From the NCBI GenBank assembly GCA_043381765.1, contig JBHJMP010000845.1:1-44769 (forward strand): a stretch of 44,769 nucleotides of DNA. The letters run 5' to 3'. Both the position numbers and the translations under genes were made by a program. The notes below the pieces were generated by a model, which ran no database searches, was not told the DNA's origin, and saw only the letters and a list, made by a program, of their open reading frames with translations. This document shows positions 1 through 14,841 of the stretch, piece by piece. The stretch is from Collodictyon triciliatum (lineage: Eukaryota). Every line of letters starts with the position of its first letter. The stretch's first letter is position 1.

Positions 1-99
1 TCTTCTATTTTTCTTCTATTTTTCTTCTATTTTTCTTCTATTTTTCTTCTATTTTTCTTCTATTTTTCTTCTATTTTTCTTCTATTTTTCTTCTATTTT
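1..99. repeat. 11-mer tandem repeat (TTTTTCTTCTA)n
   Basis: Directly visible. Confidence 0.9.
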
Positions 100-164
100 C
101 ACTATTCACTTCCCCTTCGTCTCGCCCAGAGTACATGTAAATATCCATTCTAAACGAATCTAAC

Positions 165-934
165 CAGCAAGGGCGATATCGAGACACTTCCCATCTACCG
201 TTACCAGCATCCCGAATGTCCCGCACCGACCGGTCGGGCACAAGAGTCTCCGTCAGACAATCCAGCAACGACAGAGGGATTGCAACGTGACCATCCAGAC
301 GCATACGCAGCTCCACCACAGAGACATGCTCCTGTCACCGTCTAAGGCAACTTTTGCTTATGCCCTTCTCATCGACCGGCCCCAGAACCCTACGGTCGTC
401 CCACTGGACAGACGCTCGGCCAATGCCCAGACGTCTGTAACAACACCAAAATCCTCACGTGGTGAATCCCATCCACCCAAACACGAGAAAGCAGATACAC
501 CAGACTGCGGCGATATCTTGGAAGCTTCGTTTCTGCAATCAGACAGCCCTGTATTCCGGTCCGCCAAGCCAAACGAACTCGGTACAACCGCAGAATCACC
601 AAAAGGCGAACAGGCCGTGCCGAAGTCCAGGCCCAAGTCCAAAGCAAAGATGAACCCTGTAGCCAGAGATCTCAATCTTGAGTATGGACGGAATGTAGAT
701 GCTGATGTGCCTCCTGTCTCGCAATCCGTCCCGACTCTTTCTGCACCTCCTCCTCCCGAAACCCGCAAACCACGACCTCCAACAATTCCTCATCCTCCAC
801 TCGTGCCGCAGCCACCAAACACATCACACCCACAAACAGACACGACAAAATCAGGGTATAATCGCACACAGAGGCTTCGAATGCAGGCCCGTATCTCGAG
901 TACGTCGCCGACACCCCCAGCAGAATCATCTTGA
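165..934 (+). CDS. Hypothetical protein, probable terminal exon of a gene starting upstream of the window; P/S/T-rich C-terminus
   Basis: The reading frame of ORF 287..934 stays open back to about 165, just after a CTAAC..CAG acceptor-like sequence. GC-rich coding-like composition, ends in TGA at 934. No family recognised. Confidence 0.45.
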
Positions 935-1462
935 TTTCCCTAATTCTGGATTCAAATATCAACTCTTTTCTTTTTCTTTCCTTTCTTTTCGTTGTGTATC
1001 TACACGGTGTAATGTAGGGGCAGATGAGTAAAATTCGACAAAAAGAACCATCCAGAGGGTGATTGTGGTTTGTTTTATGTGTATTTGATATGCACAATGC
1101 CACAGCACGATAGAGCCCATAAAAATCTGTTAATAAAGCATATGCATCTTGGTGTTTGTTCATATGGAGTGACCGGAGAGGTTAAAATATTTGCGTCCAT
1201 GATTTTGGCCCGTACATACCAGAGCTTCGTACATGCACACGAGGTTTTTCTTCTGTGCGCATGTTTGTTTCTTTGTTATATGAAGCTGTGAGAACTTCAT
1301 TTGAAGCCTTGTTTATTTGTTTATTTATTGTGGTATTGGGTCGCACGGAGGAAGGGGAGAAGAAAAGAGAGAGAAAAGGGCGAAATGGACTTGTGTATCA
1401 GACCAGCAAAGCAACTCCATCCGATGAGTTTCGACCTCTGATGTTCAAGAGAAATCATGCCA

Positions 1463-5557
<4,095 letters not shown>

Positions 5558-6102
5558 TTCTTTTGGGCCCTGAACTAGAGACGCGCAGGTTACGCTTAGT
5601 GGAATGGAAGAAGAGCGGCACGAGAGTACCGCGAGTTGGAGACAGAGTGTCAGTTTGAATGTAAAGAAGGGTGTCTCCAGCCAGAGTCATGCCGCTGGTT
5701 CTCCCTCTGCGCCCGCGAAACTACCGCCGCTTCGAACACAGATGCTTCAGCACGCAATCTGCCGGCCTGTTTGTGCGGCCGCGGCAGACTCCAAGAAACG
5801 CCACACCGGTTCAAAGAGACACTCGTCTGGGTTCGAACACACCACATTGGGCGGGGGTGGTTTGTTGCTTCGCTCTTTGCTCTTGGCTTTGTTTTTGGCT
5901 TCTGGTTTAGTGAGCCCCACCCGAGGGAGAAGGCTTCTGCGACGAACATGAGAGAGGAATGAGAGGGAGGCGGAGAGAGAGAGGCAGGGGCTGGAGAAAG
6001 AAGGAAAGAAATAAGTAAGCGGGCGAGGGCGTGGGCAAGGACAAGGGCACGAGACTCATAGTGCCTCACAGAGCGAGCGAGTGGGAGGTTGTGCGAAGGC
6101 GC

Positions 6103-9100
6103 TTAGGCATCAATCTTGACACCAAGGCGGAGGACGCCGTTCTGCTTGGCCTTGTTCATGATGGGGAGCTCCTGCTCTCCGGCCTTGATGTGGAAGGACC
6201 CGGCGCCAATCAGCTCGTCCTTCTGGATCTCGTTCTTCTCCCACACCTCAAAGAGGGCAGTGGTGACCTCGTCCACGTCGACGTTGGCAAAGCCCAGCTG
6301 CTCGTTCCACACGGCCTGCTTGCCGGCATCCTCCTTGACGGTGCTGCTCTTTGTGACCTTGTTGACGGTGATCTTGACGTACGGGTCCGCCTTGTCTGTC
6401 CACGACGACGGCAGTCCAGATGCTTCGATGACCGTGACCGTGACAGTCTTTCCGGCCGCCTTGACAGCAGCAGGGGCGGCGGCGGGGGTTGAAGCAGCAG
6501 GAGCAGGAGCAGGAGCAGCGGCAGCAGCGGGAGCCTCCTTGGTGGGGACAGAGACGGAAAGGACCAGGGTTCCGCTGCTCTTGCCCTTCTCGTTCTTGAT
6601 GTCCAGCGTGTAAGAGCCTGTGACGAGGTTGAAGCTGGCCGACCCGATGAAGTCGTCCTTGATGGTGTCCTCGTCAAAGACACTGGCTGTGCCTGTGGTG
6701 TATGTGCTCAGGTCGGCGTGGAAGTCAAAGACCTCATTCCACTCGGCCGCCTTGCCTGCGTCCTGCTTGACTGAGGACTTGAGCTCGATGTCGCCGATTG
6801 TCAGCTTGACATACGGGTCGGCCTTGTCAAGCACAGACGACGGCAATCCGGATGCCTTGACCAAGGTCACAACAACGTGTGTGGTGTTTGCGGACGGCTG
6901 GTTGACGGGCGCAGCCTCCTTCTTGGACTTGGGTGCGGGCGTCTCGTCAGGGATGGTGGCAGCAGAGAGGTCGGCCGGGGTCTCGCCATTGACGGAGACA
7001 ATCAGGACAACCAGGCCCTTGTTCTTGCCCTCGTCCACGACGTTGAGCGTGTAGACGCCCGTGGCCAGCGGGAATGTGTTTGTGCCGATCAGGTCGTCCG
7101 AGATGGTGTCCTTGTCGTAGACCGAGACTGTTCCTTGAGTCACGGCCGCGATGTCCACGTCGAAGCGCAGCACCTCCTGGAAGACTGCGCTCTTGCCGGC
7201 GTCCTCCTTGGTGGATGTCTTCTTTGCGTCTGTCTGGAATGCGACCTGCACGTACGGGTCGGTCTTGTCCAGCATGGACGAGGGCAGATTGGCCACGCGG
7301 ACCACGGTGACGTCCACCGGGGTCTTGGGGGCCTCCTTGGCGGTCAGGTGCTCCTCGATGGCTGGCAGCGGCTGGTTGTCAACAGAGACTGACAGCAGCA
7401 GCTTGCCCTTCTTCTGGTCCTTGTCCAGGACGTCCACCGTGTAGTGGCCCGTCTTGATCGGGAACGTGTTTGTGCCGAGCAGGTCGTCCGAGATGGTGTC
7501 CTTGTCGTAGAGAGCAACGACTCCCTGGGTGACGGCGGTCAGATCGACAAAGAAGGTCAGCGTCTCGTTCCATGTGGCCTGCTTGCCGGCGTCGTCCTTG
7601 GTGGAGGTCTTTTCGCTCTCCTCTCCAAACGAGACCTTGACGTAGGGGTCGGTCTTGTCGAGCAGCGAGGAGGGCATGTCCCAGCCGCGGACGATGGTGA
7701 CGGCGACCTGCTCCTTGACCACCACATTCTCGAGGGCCGGTGGCTTCTCGTGGTTGACCGAGACGGAGACACGGACGGAGCCGCGGGACTTGCCGGAAGC
7801 CTTGTCGGTGAGGTCGACGGTGTAGTTGCCGGTCTGCAAGGGGATGGCGGCGCGGCCGATCAGATCGTCGGAGACGGTGTCCTCGTCGTAGACCTCGACG
7901 GTTGCTGAGGTGAGCCCTTCGGTGGGGTCGACCTCGAACTGCAGGTGCTCGTTCCAGGCGGCCTGCTTGCCGGCGTCGCTCTTTGTGGAGGTCTTTTCGG
8001 TCTGGGAGCCGATCTGGACCTTGACGTAGGGGTCGGTCTTGTCGAGCAGCGAGGAGGGCATGTTGTATGCGTCGTGGACAGCCACGACGACGGGGACGGT
8101 TGGGGGCTTGGCCGGCTTCAGCGGGGGCAGCTCCTCGTTGTTGACCGAGACGGAGACGTGGAGCACGCCGCGGGCCTTGGAGGCATCGTCGACCAGGGGG
8201 ACGGCGTAGTGGCCGGTCTGCAGCGGGACGGAGCCGCGGCCGATGAGGTCGTCCGACAGCGTGTCCTCGTCAAAGACGTCAAAGTGGACGGTGCTGACGT
8301 TTGCTGTGGCGTCCAGCGAGAAGACCAGGATCTCGTCCCAGGCGGCCTGCTTGCCGGCGTCGCTCTTTGTGGTGGTCTTTTCGGTCTGGGAGCCGACCTT
8401 GACCCTGACGTAGGGATCGGTCTTGTCGAGCAGCGAGGAGGGCAGGTTCTGGGCGTTGCTGACGGTGACAAGGACAGGGATGTCGGGGACGCGGTCGACG
8501 CCCTTGGGTGTGACGACCTCCTGGATCTGCTCCTTGGCCTGCTCGAGGAGCGTGGACGCAGGCGCCTTGGGGATGTCGAAGGGGCCGGGGTCCTGGCTGC
8601 TGACCGAGACGGAGACAAAGAGCTGCCCGGCGGGGCGGCCCTGCTCGTCGGTCAGATCGACGACGTAGTTGCTTGTGCGCAGGGGCACGGAGCCGCGGCC
8701 CAGCAGGTCGTCCGAGAGGGTGTCCTCGTCGTAGACGGCAAAGGCCACGGTGCTGGCGTTCTCGTCGGACGAAGGGGCGAACGTCAGGAACTCGGTCCAC
8801 ACGGCGTGGTGCCCGGCATTGTCCTTTGTGCGCGTCTTCTTCTCGTGCGTCCCGACATTGACCTTCACGTACGCGTCCGTCTTGTCCAGGAACGACGAGC
8901 TCAGCTTGTGCGCCTCGTGCACAGTCACCACCACGGGGATCGTCACGGCCACCGACCGCTTGCTGGCCTCTGCACGCTCAGGCTCAGGCTGCGCCTCGGG
9001 CTCGGCCGTCACGGGCTTGGCGTCGATGATCTTGGCTGCGGTGGGGATGAAGAAGGGGCGCAGGCCCTCTGCCGTCTCCTTGTAGTAGATGGTCGACACG

Positions 9101-9504
9101 TAGCCGGCCGGCGCAGCCACAGAGGTCAGAGGTGCGGCTGTGGCTGTGGCTGTGGCTGTAGCTGTGGCGGCAGGGAGCGCGTATGAGCGGGTGGCGTACG
9201 AAGGGAAGGCGCTGAGGCTGTGGGTGGCGCCGACAGTGACCGGGGCCGTCGCGGTGGTCGAAGTTGTGGTGGCAGGAAGGGCGTACGAGTAGGTGCCGGT
9301 TGTGGCTGTGGCTGTGGTTGCAGCGGCAGGCAGGGCGTACGAGCGGGTGCTGTTTGCGACTGGGGCGGCAGGCAGGGCAAAGGAGCGGGTGGCGCCGCCG
9401 TAGGACTGGTTGCCGTAGAGGGCCGGGGGCAGGTTGTATGCGGAGTGGTACGCGGTGGTGGCCGGGGCGGCGGACGTGCTGGGCGCGGCGGTGGTGGAGC
9501 TCAT
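6103..9504 (-). CDS. Intronless 1133-aa protein with seven tandem C2 domains and an A/T/P/Y-rich repetitive N-terminus
   Basis: Single uninterrupted ORF with seven copies of V.V..A..(L/M)(P/S)SS..DK(T/A)D(P/A)YV.V..G..KT..K.DAGK.A.W.E.L.F...V(Y/F)D(E/K)DT.SDDL(I/L)G, the typical Ca2+-binding C2 signature. No hydrophobic transmembrane segment is visible. Confidence 0.93.
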   Translation of the reverse strand: MSSTTAAPSTSAAPATTAYHSAYNLPPALYGNQSYGGATRSFALPAAPVANSTRSYALPAAATTATATTGTYSYALPATTTSTTATAPVTVGATHSLSAFPSYATRSYALPAATATATATATAAPLTSVAAPAGYVSTIYYKETAEGLRPFFIPTAAKIIDAKPVTAEPEAQPEPERAEASKRSVAVTIPVVVTVHEAHKLSSSFLDKTDAYVKVNVGTHEKKTRTKDNAGHHAVWTEFLTFAPSSDENASTVAFAVYDEDTLSDDLLGRGSVPLRTSNYVVDLTDEQGRPAGQLFVSVSVSSQDPGPFDIPKAPASTLLEQAKEQIQEVVTPKGVDRVPDIPVLVTVSNAQNLPSSLLDKTDPYVRVKVGSQTEKTTTKSDAGKQAAWDEILVFSLDATANVSTVHFDVFDEDTLSDDLIGRGSVPLQTGHYAVPLVDDASKARGVLHVSVSVNNEELPPLKPAKPPTVPVVVAVHDAYNMPSSLLDKTDPYVKVQIGSQTEKTSTKSDAGKQAAWNEHLQFEVDPTEGLTSATVEVYDEDTVSDDLIGRAAIPLQTGNYTVDLTDKASGKSRGSVRVSVSVNHEKPPALENVVVKEQVAVTIVRGWDMPSSLLDKTDPYVKVSFGEESEKTSTKDDAGKQATWNETLTFFVDLTAVTQGVVALYDKDTISDDLLGTNTFPIKTGHYTVDVLDKDQKKGKLLLSVSVDNQPLPAIEEHLTAKEAPKTPVDVTVVRVANLPSSMLDKTDPYVQVAFQTDAKKTSTKEDAGKSAVFQEVLRFDVDIAAVTQGTVSVYDKDTISDDLIGTNTFPLATGVYTLNVVDEGKNKGLVVLIVSVNGETPADLSAATIPDETPAPKSKKEAAPVNQPSANTTHVVVTLVKASGLPSSVLDKADPYVKLTIGDIELKSSVKQDAGKAAEWNEVFDFHADLSTYTTGTASVFDEDTIKDDFIGSASFNLVTGSYTLDIKNEKGKSSGTLVLSVSVPTKEAPAAAAAPAPAPAASTPAAAPAAVKAAGKTVTVTVIEASGLPSSWTDKADPYVKITVNKVTKSSTVKEDAGKQAVWNEQLGFANVDVDEVTTALFEVWEKNEIQKDELIGAGSFHIKAGEQELPIMNKAKQNGVLRLGVKIDA

Positions 9505-9642
9505 GGTGGCGGCTGAGACTTCTGTGGGTGTGGCGTTAGTGGTGTGGCCTGCTTCTTCTTCTCCTTCTTCATCTCTTCAGATCTCTCTTGGTGGAATCGG
9601 GTGGGCTTTGTGTGGTGGTATAGAGTTTGACTTCGTTTTCGA

Positions 9643-9710
9643 TTTTGTTTTTGTTTTTGTTTTTGTTTTTGTTTTTGTTTTTGTTTTTGTTTTTGTTTTT
9701 GTTTTTGTTT
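9643..9710. repeat. (TTTTTG)n microsatellite
   Basis: Directly visible, upstream of the C2 gene. Confidence 0.9.
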
Positions 9711-10985
9711 CAATCATGGAAAGGCATGGGAGGAGAGTGTGATCCGGGCACTGGTGGGCAGTGGGGAAAGGCGGGTGGGGCTTCGCAAGTCTCGCTGGAC
9801 TGAAGGCGTGCTCGTCCAGTCGGTTGCTTTCCCACTTGAAAGGTTTATACTCCTTCGTGGTTTGCGCTTGCACTCGAGAGCTTTTGTTTTGTTTTGTTTT
9901 GCTTTTTGTTCCGTTTGATTGTGCTCTGTGGATGTCTGAACGGATCACCGCCGCGTGGGTTCGGGTGCTTCACCCGTGTTCGGATCAATGGCGCGTTTGG
10001 GGATTCGTTTTGCGGGCGAATAATGTCCGATGTTCTTATTGGGCAATAATAAATTCCGCTTCGGCTGCTGGGGGTGGTTCTGCAGGTGTCTGGTGTTGGA
10101 CTCAATCGTGGCTGCGATAGTTGCGAGGATCGTGTGCATTTATATAATCTCCGTAATGGGCTTGTCCCTCATTTATTGCTCCGGATTCAAAAGGAGGATT
10201 ATCCTTTTTTGGGTTTTCGAAGTGATTGTAAATGTTCGTTTGTAATAGGGAGTTTTCCGTTGGTATATTCTGTTAATAATTTCAAATATGGTAATGTTAT
10301 AACCCATAAATCGGTCCTCGAATTTTGTAAACCTTATTGACATCTGGTCGTGGCTTTGTGGTTCATTGTCATATCTGGAATATGTTATTTTATCTACATA
10401 TATTTGATATTGATCATATATTTGAAAGCATGACAATCGAAAAAATGATTAAATATATGAATTACACATACACATAAAAATTTACATGCATCTGGAATTT
10501 ATCTATATAACTTTAAAAATTCGTTTCTATCCTTCATAATTTTTCGCAACAGTCTTATTTTCTGTAATTACAAACATATTATACAGATGCAGCCAGCCAT
10601 CCATGTCTCTTTGCGTTGAAACGAAATACTCTTTGAGAAGGATGGCCGAACATGTCGACTACCACCACGCGCCTTAACGCCAGTTTTTTTATTTCCATCC
10701 AAATTGATTTCTCACGTTCAAACGTGTTGACGTCGACTGACGCAGCAGCTTGTATTTCATTTTTAATTTTATTTTTCTGTCGCGACACTTGATTCTCTGA
10801 CCCTGGCCTGTGAATCATTGGTAATCTCTCACCAAACTCCACCCAAACACTGCAACCATCAAACGACTCTAGGAGAAAAACAAATCCCCCCGATTGGAGG
10901 CCGGCTTTTTTTAAGGCTCTACTTGCTCCCAACTTTCGCCCTAACCGAGATTACTCAGCCAGATCATTGCAAAGGCTGGATCCGA

Positions 10986-12950
10986 ATGACTACAGTTTCA
11001 AAGATATTTTCAGAGCAGGTTAAGTATTCTTCCTCGCGTCTTCTTCTCCCGCGTTCACGCTCCCATTTTTCCTCATCTTTTCTCTTCCCTCCCTTTTTTT
11101 TTTTTTTTTGAATAAAAGAAAACTTTTGGATTTATGAGTGCGCTATCCGTTCAATCATTTTGGCAAGAAAAAAAGAAGCATTAACGCGCATCTGTGAACA
11201 TATAGACCTATGATGAACCCGTGGAAGGAACAATATCATTCGTTGGAATGGAGGGAAGCTCAGAAGAATGTATCCCAATCAGCAGAGAAGAATGTTTAAC
11301 TCTGGAAACTTTTTATTCCTTGGTTGAGTTGTATGAAGGCCAAGGAAAGAAGTTAATTATAGCCAGAGTGAAATCTTGGTAAGAAACTAAGTTATATTGA
11401 AACAAATAGCTTCGGAGAATCAAAAAAAGAAGAGAAAGATAAGAGAGAAAAAAACAACAGAAAAACAAAACAGTAATCGGAGGAAAAGAAAAAGAAATGA
11501 AAGATAAATAAAATTAAAACGAAAGAACCGTCAAGGCATAGTAAGAAAGTATCTTATTAATTCTTACCAAAGTTTGAGATGTTTTGTCGCATGCGAGAGA
11601 GAATAAAGTTAGATAAAAAACCTTTGAATCGAATAAAAGAAAAAAAGTTAGAATAAAAAAAAAAAAGAAAAGGACTTTTATTACCACATGCGTATTTCAC
11701 TCTAAATTTTTTTCCGCTATTGGTATACTTTCTATTTGTCTGTATGAGAGAAATATCTCATTTTTTGTTTTCTTTCTGCTTCAACTCATGACTTTTTTCT
11801 TTTTTGTAAAAGGGACCATAAGGATGTCAGGAAATTTCATTTCACATACTACTGTGCGTTTCAATTGAACAAAGCACTTTTTCGATCAAAAGGAGCTGAC
11901 ATTCTCTCCAGATATCATAAAACAAACCCAGTTATAACATTGAACCCTCTCACAAACGAAGATATAGTGGGAGAAGTTGTCTACTACATAGTAAATTTTT
12001 TTCCTTTATTATTATATATTTCATTCATAATAAAACTGTAATTTACATAACGATTGATTTAATATGATTATCTTTAAAAAGATACACAGTATTTTGATTA
12101 TAGTGCTTTTTTTCTCTCGTGATATCAGTGTATAGTAATTTTACTTCATCTGCACCTAATTATGAATTTCTCTTCTCTTTTTTTTTTTTTAGGTTGATAA
12201 GCCATCTGGACAGAATAAAAGTGAACTCAATGTAAGAACTTCATTGATTGGTTAATCATGTTTTGACATGATGCATATATCTATGATGAATAGATTCCAA
12301 GCGGATACATATTGATTAACAGTCATAAACAAATTGATGTTTGGAATATTCAAGGATTATCTCATATATTGTAAATCCGATATAGCTTGGCCGGTCTAAA
12401 GAGCAGAAAATACAGTCATCGTCGCTACATATAGAAGCACACACATCCGATGAACCAGCAGAATATATACCTCCCACAAGGTAGTTAATTATCCCCATTT
12501 GTATTTTAGCTCCTTTCTCTTTATCACCGTTTAAAATCACGTACTTATTCTCTCTTCGGCCGGTGTTTCTTTTGAAAAGCTAAGTGTCAGAGATTTTTTC
12601 TTATATAATTTCCACTTTTTTTCTGTCTCTGTGAACCAACCTTTTCATCATGTATCCCTAACACGGGATGATTTTACCTCTGCTAGGCAACGAGAAGAGT
12701 GTGATACCTCATCCAGAGACAAAGGTGTTGATATTCCAAACTCCTCAAATCCTCCAGGACGTGCATTACCTCCTAGCCTAGTGGCTGAAGTGCCTGAAAA
12801 TTCACAAGGTCAACTAGAATCTTCTTCAAGAAACAGAGAAACATCAAAGTATGACCGCGTGGCTTCTTACCTAGGGACAGATTACCATTACATATTCAGC
12901 GAAAACATGAGAAAGGTTGAACTCTATAAATGATGCTTCTTTTTCTATTC

Positions 12951-12981
<31 letters not shown>

Positions 12982-12994
12982 TTTTTTTTTTTAT

Positions 12995-13030
<36 letters not shown>

Positions 13031-14059
13031 AAAAAATCAATTTTTTAACCCAGATTATCCGTAAACTCAATTTCTTACTTGGAACAATCAATCATATTGT
13101 TTCACCCTCTTACTTTTCCAAAGTAATATTTACGAATAGATGAAAACTGACAGGTTTTTGTGGAAAATTCCATCGACAATGACTGTCAACTTATTCCTTC
13201 TATGACGAACCAAGTTAGCCAGCATCCTCACGCAGATGGCCCTGTTGAAAATGAGGTCGCATCGTTGGTTAACCGCATTCGCCGGGTAATTCATTGAATA
13301 TATCTGCACAGTTTTGGACTAATACCAATATTTTGGTGACAATAACCTAGTCAAAGATACCGAAGCCTCATCGAATTCTAAGAGAAATATAAAAGAACGC
13401 TTATTTAGTGTTTAATTTTAATTTTGCCCAAGTCGTACAGACGCCAAAGACAAGGTTCCCTGATTTATGTCCCGTACACCAGAGCCGTTCTCTTCGGTGT
13501 ATCCATATCTCTTTATTTTGGATTTTGCATGGTTGTTTTAGCCACAGCACTGAAGTACGAAGCATAATTATAATTCATTTGTGTGTGTGTTTTTATGCAC
13601 CGTTATGTTGATTTATAATTCATTTGTGTTTTACTTTTTCTTTCTTTATGAAAAAGACGATTAATAACTAACTTGTTCTTGCAGTTGGATATGATGAAAT
13701 TCTTTATCTCTTATTCTAATCCATCTAACTAATCGCTATCCTTTATACACAGAAATCTGCGTCATGGTGGGACTGAAAAGGAACCATCCATTTGGATATG
13801 GTCTTTTCTCCCTTTTTTTGTTTTCCTTGTCGATCGCTTCAGCACAACTCTTGCAGAGCACAGTGAATCTCGCATGGTTGTGCTCGCCAAGTTGGTTGCT
13901 TCAGGCCTTTATGTATTTCTCCCAGATTTCATGTTCCACAGATACAACCCCAGCTATCACCTTTGTCGGAATATCATCAACACAATCGCACCATGCGTTG
14001 CTCTTGCGTACTCACGCTACTTGTACATGCAATCCACGCGAGGCAAACACCTCGTATGA
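10986..14059 (+). CDS. Multi-exon hypothetical membrane protein, DUF5092-like N-terminal domain plus C-terminal transmembrane helices
   Basis: Spliced frame MTTVSKIFSEQ|TYDEP..ECLTLETF..LIIARVKSW|DHKD..FTYYCAFQLNKALFR..LNPLTNEDIVGEVVYYI..ASYLGTDYHYIFSENMRK|VFVENS.. then hydrophobic AVLFGVSISLYFGFCMVVLATAL and IWIWSFLPFFVFLV, ending TGA at 14059. The DUF5092 assignment is from recalled motif pattern only. Confidence 0.7.
11621..11643 (+). mobile_element. Micro-retroinsertion family copy B (intron of DUF5092-like gene)
   Basis: CCTTTGAATCGAATAAAAGAAAA flanked by AAAGTTAGATAAAAAA (11605-11620) and AAAGTTAGAATAAAAAA (11644-11660), which differ by one indel. Confidence 0.75.
13585..13612 (-). mobile_element. 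Unrelated 28-bp insertion with 17-bp direct repeat (intron of DUF5092-like gene)
   Basis: TTATAATTCATTTGTGT at 13568-13584 and 13613-13629 flanks a segment whose reverse complement is ATCAACATAACGGTGCATAAAAACACAC. Confidence 0.5.
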
Positions 14060-14414
14060 GATGGGATGGTGCCCAATTCCTCACGCCCTTCCAATTCATA
14101 ACTTCTTGTTAAAATCCCCCCTTCGAACTCTGCCCTTGAATAAACACTACACTTCGCAGGCAAAGTAGGCCAGATGAGAAAAAAAACAACAACAACAACA
14201 ACAAAAACTGCGGTGGACAAATGAGCAGAAAGTCGAAGCCGAGTCAAGCTGAGCAATATGCACAAAAGTTATTCACGCAAATGACAGACGTCCCCATGTC
14301 CCGTTCACGCTACACAAGGAAGATTGTACACTCAAGATGTAGAACGCGGATACTACAATGTTGGGCCATTATTGGGATTTTCAGATGGATTTAGGGGTGG
14401 GTGTTGGTTGATGT

Positions 14415-14828
14415 TCACTTCTTTGACTCTGATGTGGGGGAGGAGGAAGTGGATATCGAGGAGGCTTTCTTTGGGGCGGCTTCGTAGACGAAAGTGGAGC
14501 CCTTCAAATGACCTTTGTGGACTGTGACCTCGCCAGGAATCTTGACACAGCGGGTTTGCAGCTTATTGTCTTCCTTGAGGGCCACAAGGATTTTCTTCAG
14601 GTGGGTCTTTGATCGGATGTTTGCGTAGAAGAAGGTGCGCGGGGCAGACGAGGAGTCCCCCGAAACCTCCTTTTGTGCTGGTGGCTGCTCCTTGGGGCGC
14701 TGCTGCTGTTCCGAGGAGATTGCGGCCCAAAGGCGGTTCTTTGTGAGAGGGCCCCGCTCGTTCAGAATGCGGAAGATGGTGGACCAGGTTGAGACGCGGT
14801 GGGCGCCTTTTGTTGCCACAGTAGCCAT
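14415..14828 (-). CDS. Small basic protein (137 aa), winged-helix-like; resembles the mitoribosomal mL80 family
   Basis: MATVATKGAHRVSTWSTIFRILNERGPLTKNRLWAAIS...NIRSKTHLKKILVALKEDNKLQTRC...FVY. The pattern I..L.E.GPLT...W...SK.H.K..L..L....KL...C...F.Y matches my recollection of plant mL80. The upstream poly-pyrimidine repeat ending TTCAG looks like a 5'UTR intron. Confidence 0.55.
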   Translation of the reverse strand: MATVATKGAHRVSTWSTIFRILNERGPLTKNRLWAAISSEQQQRPKEQPPAQKEVSGDSSSAPRTFFYANIRSKTHLKKILVALKEDNKLQTRCVKIPGEVTVHKGHLKGSTFVYEAAPKKASSISTSSSPTSESKK

Positions 14829-14841
14829 GTGCGTCCGTGCT

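Noticed and set aside
5790-5850. GGTTCGAA B-box-like motif, and a similar one at ~9958, as possible tRNA genes
   Set aside because: No cloverleaf, acceptor stem or A-box could be built.
6031-9539. Long antisense and alternate-frame ORFs (e.g. 7945..9186 +, 413 aa)
   Set aside because: They are shadow ORFs of the GC3-rich C2 gene, with no independent protein features.
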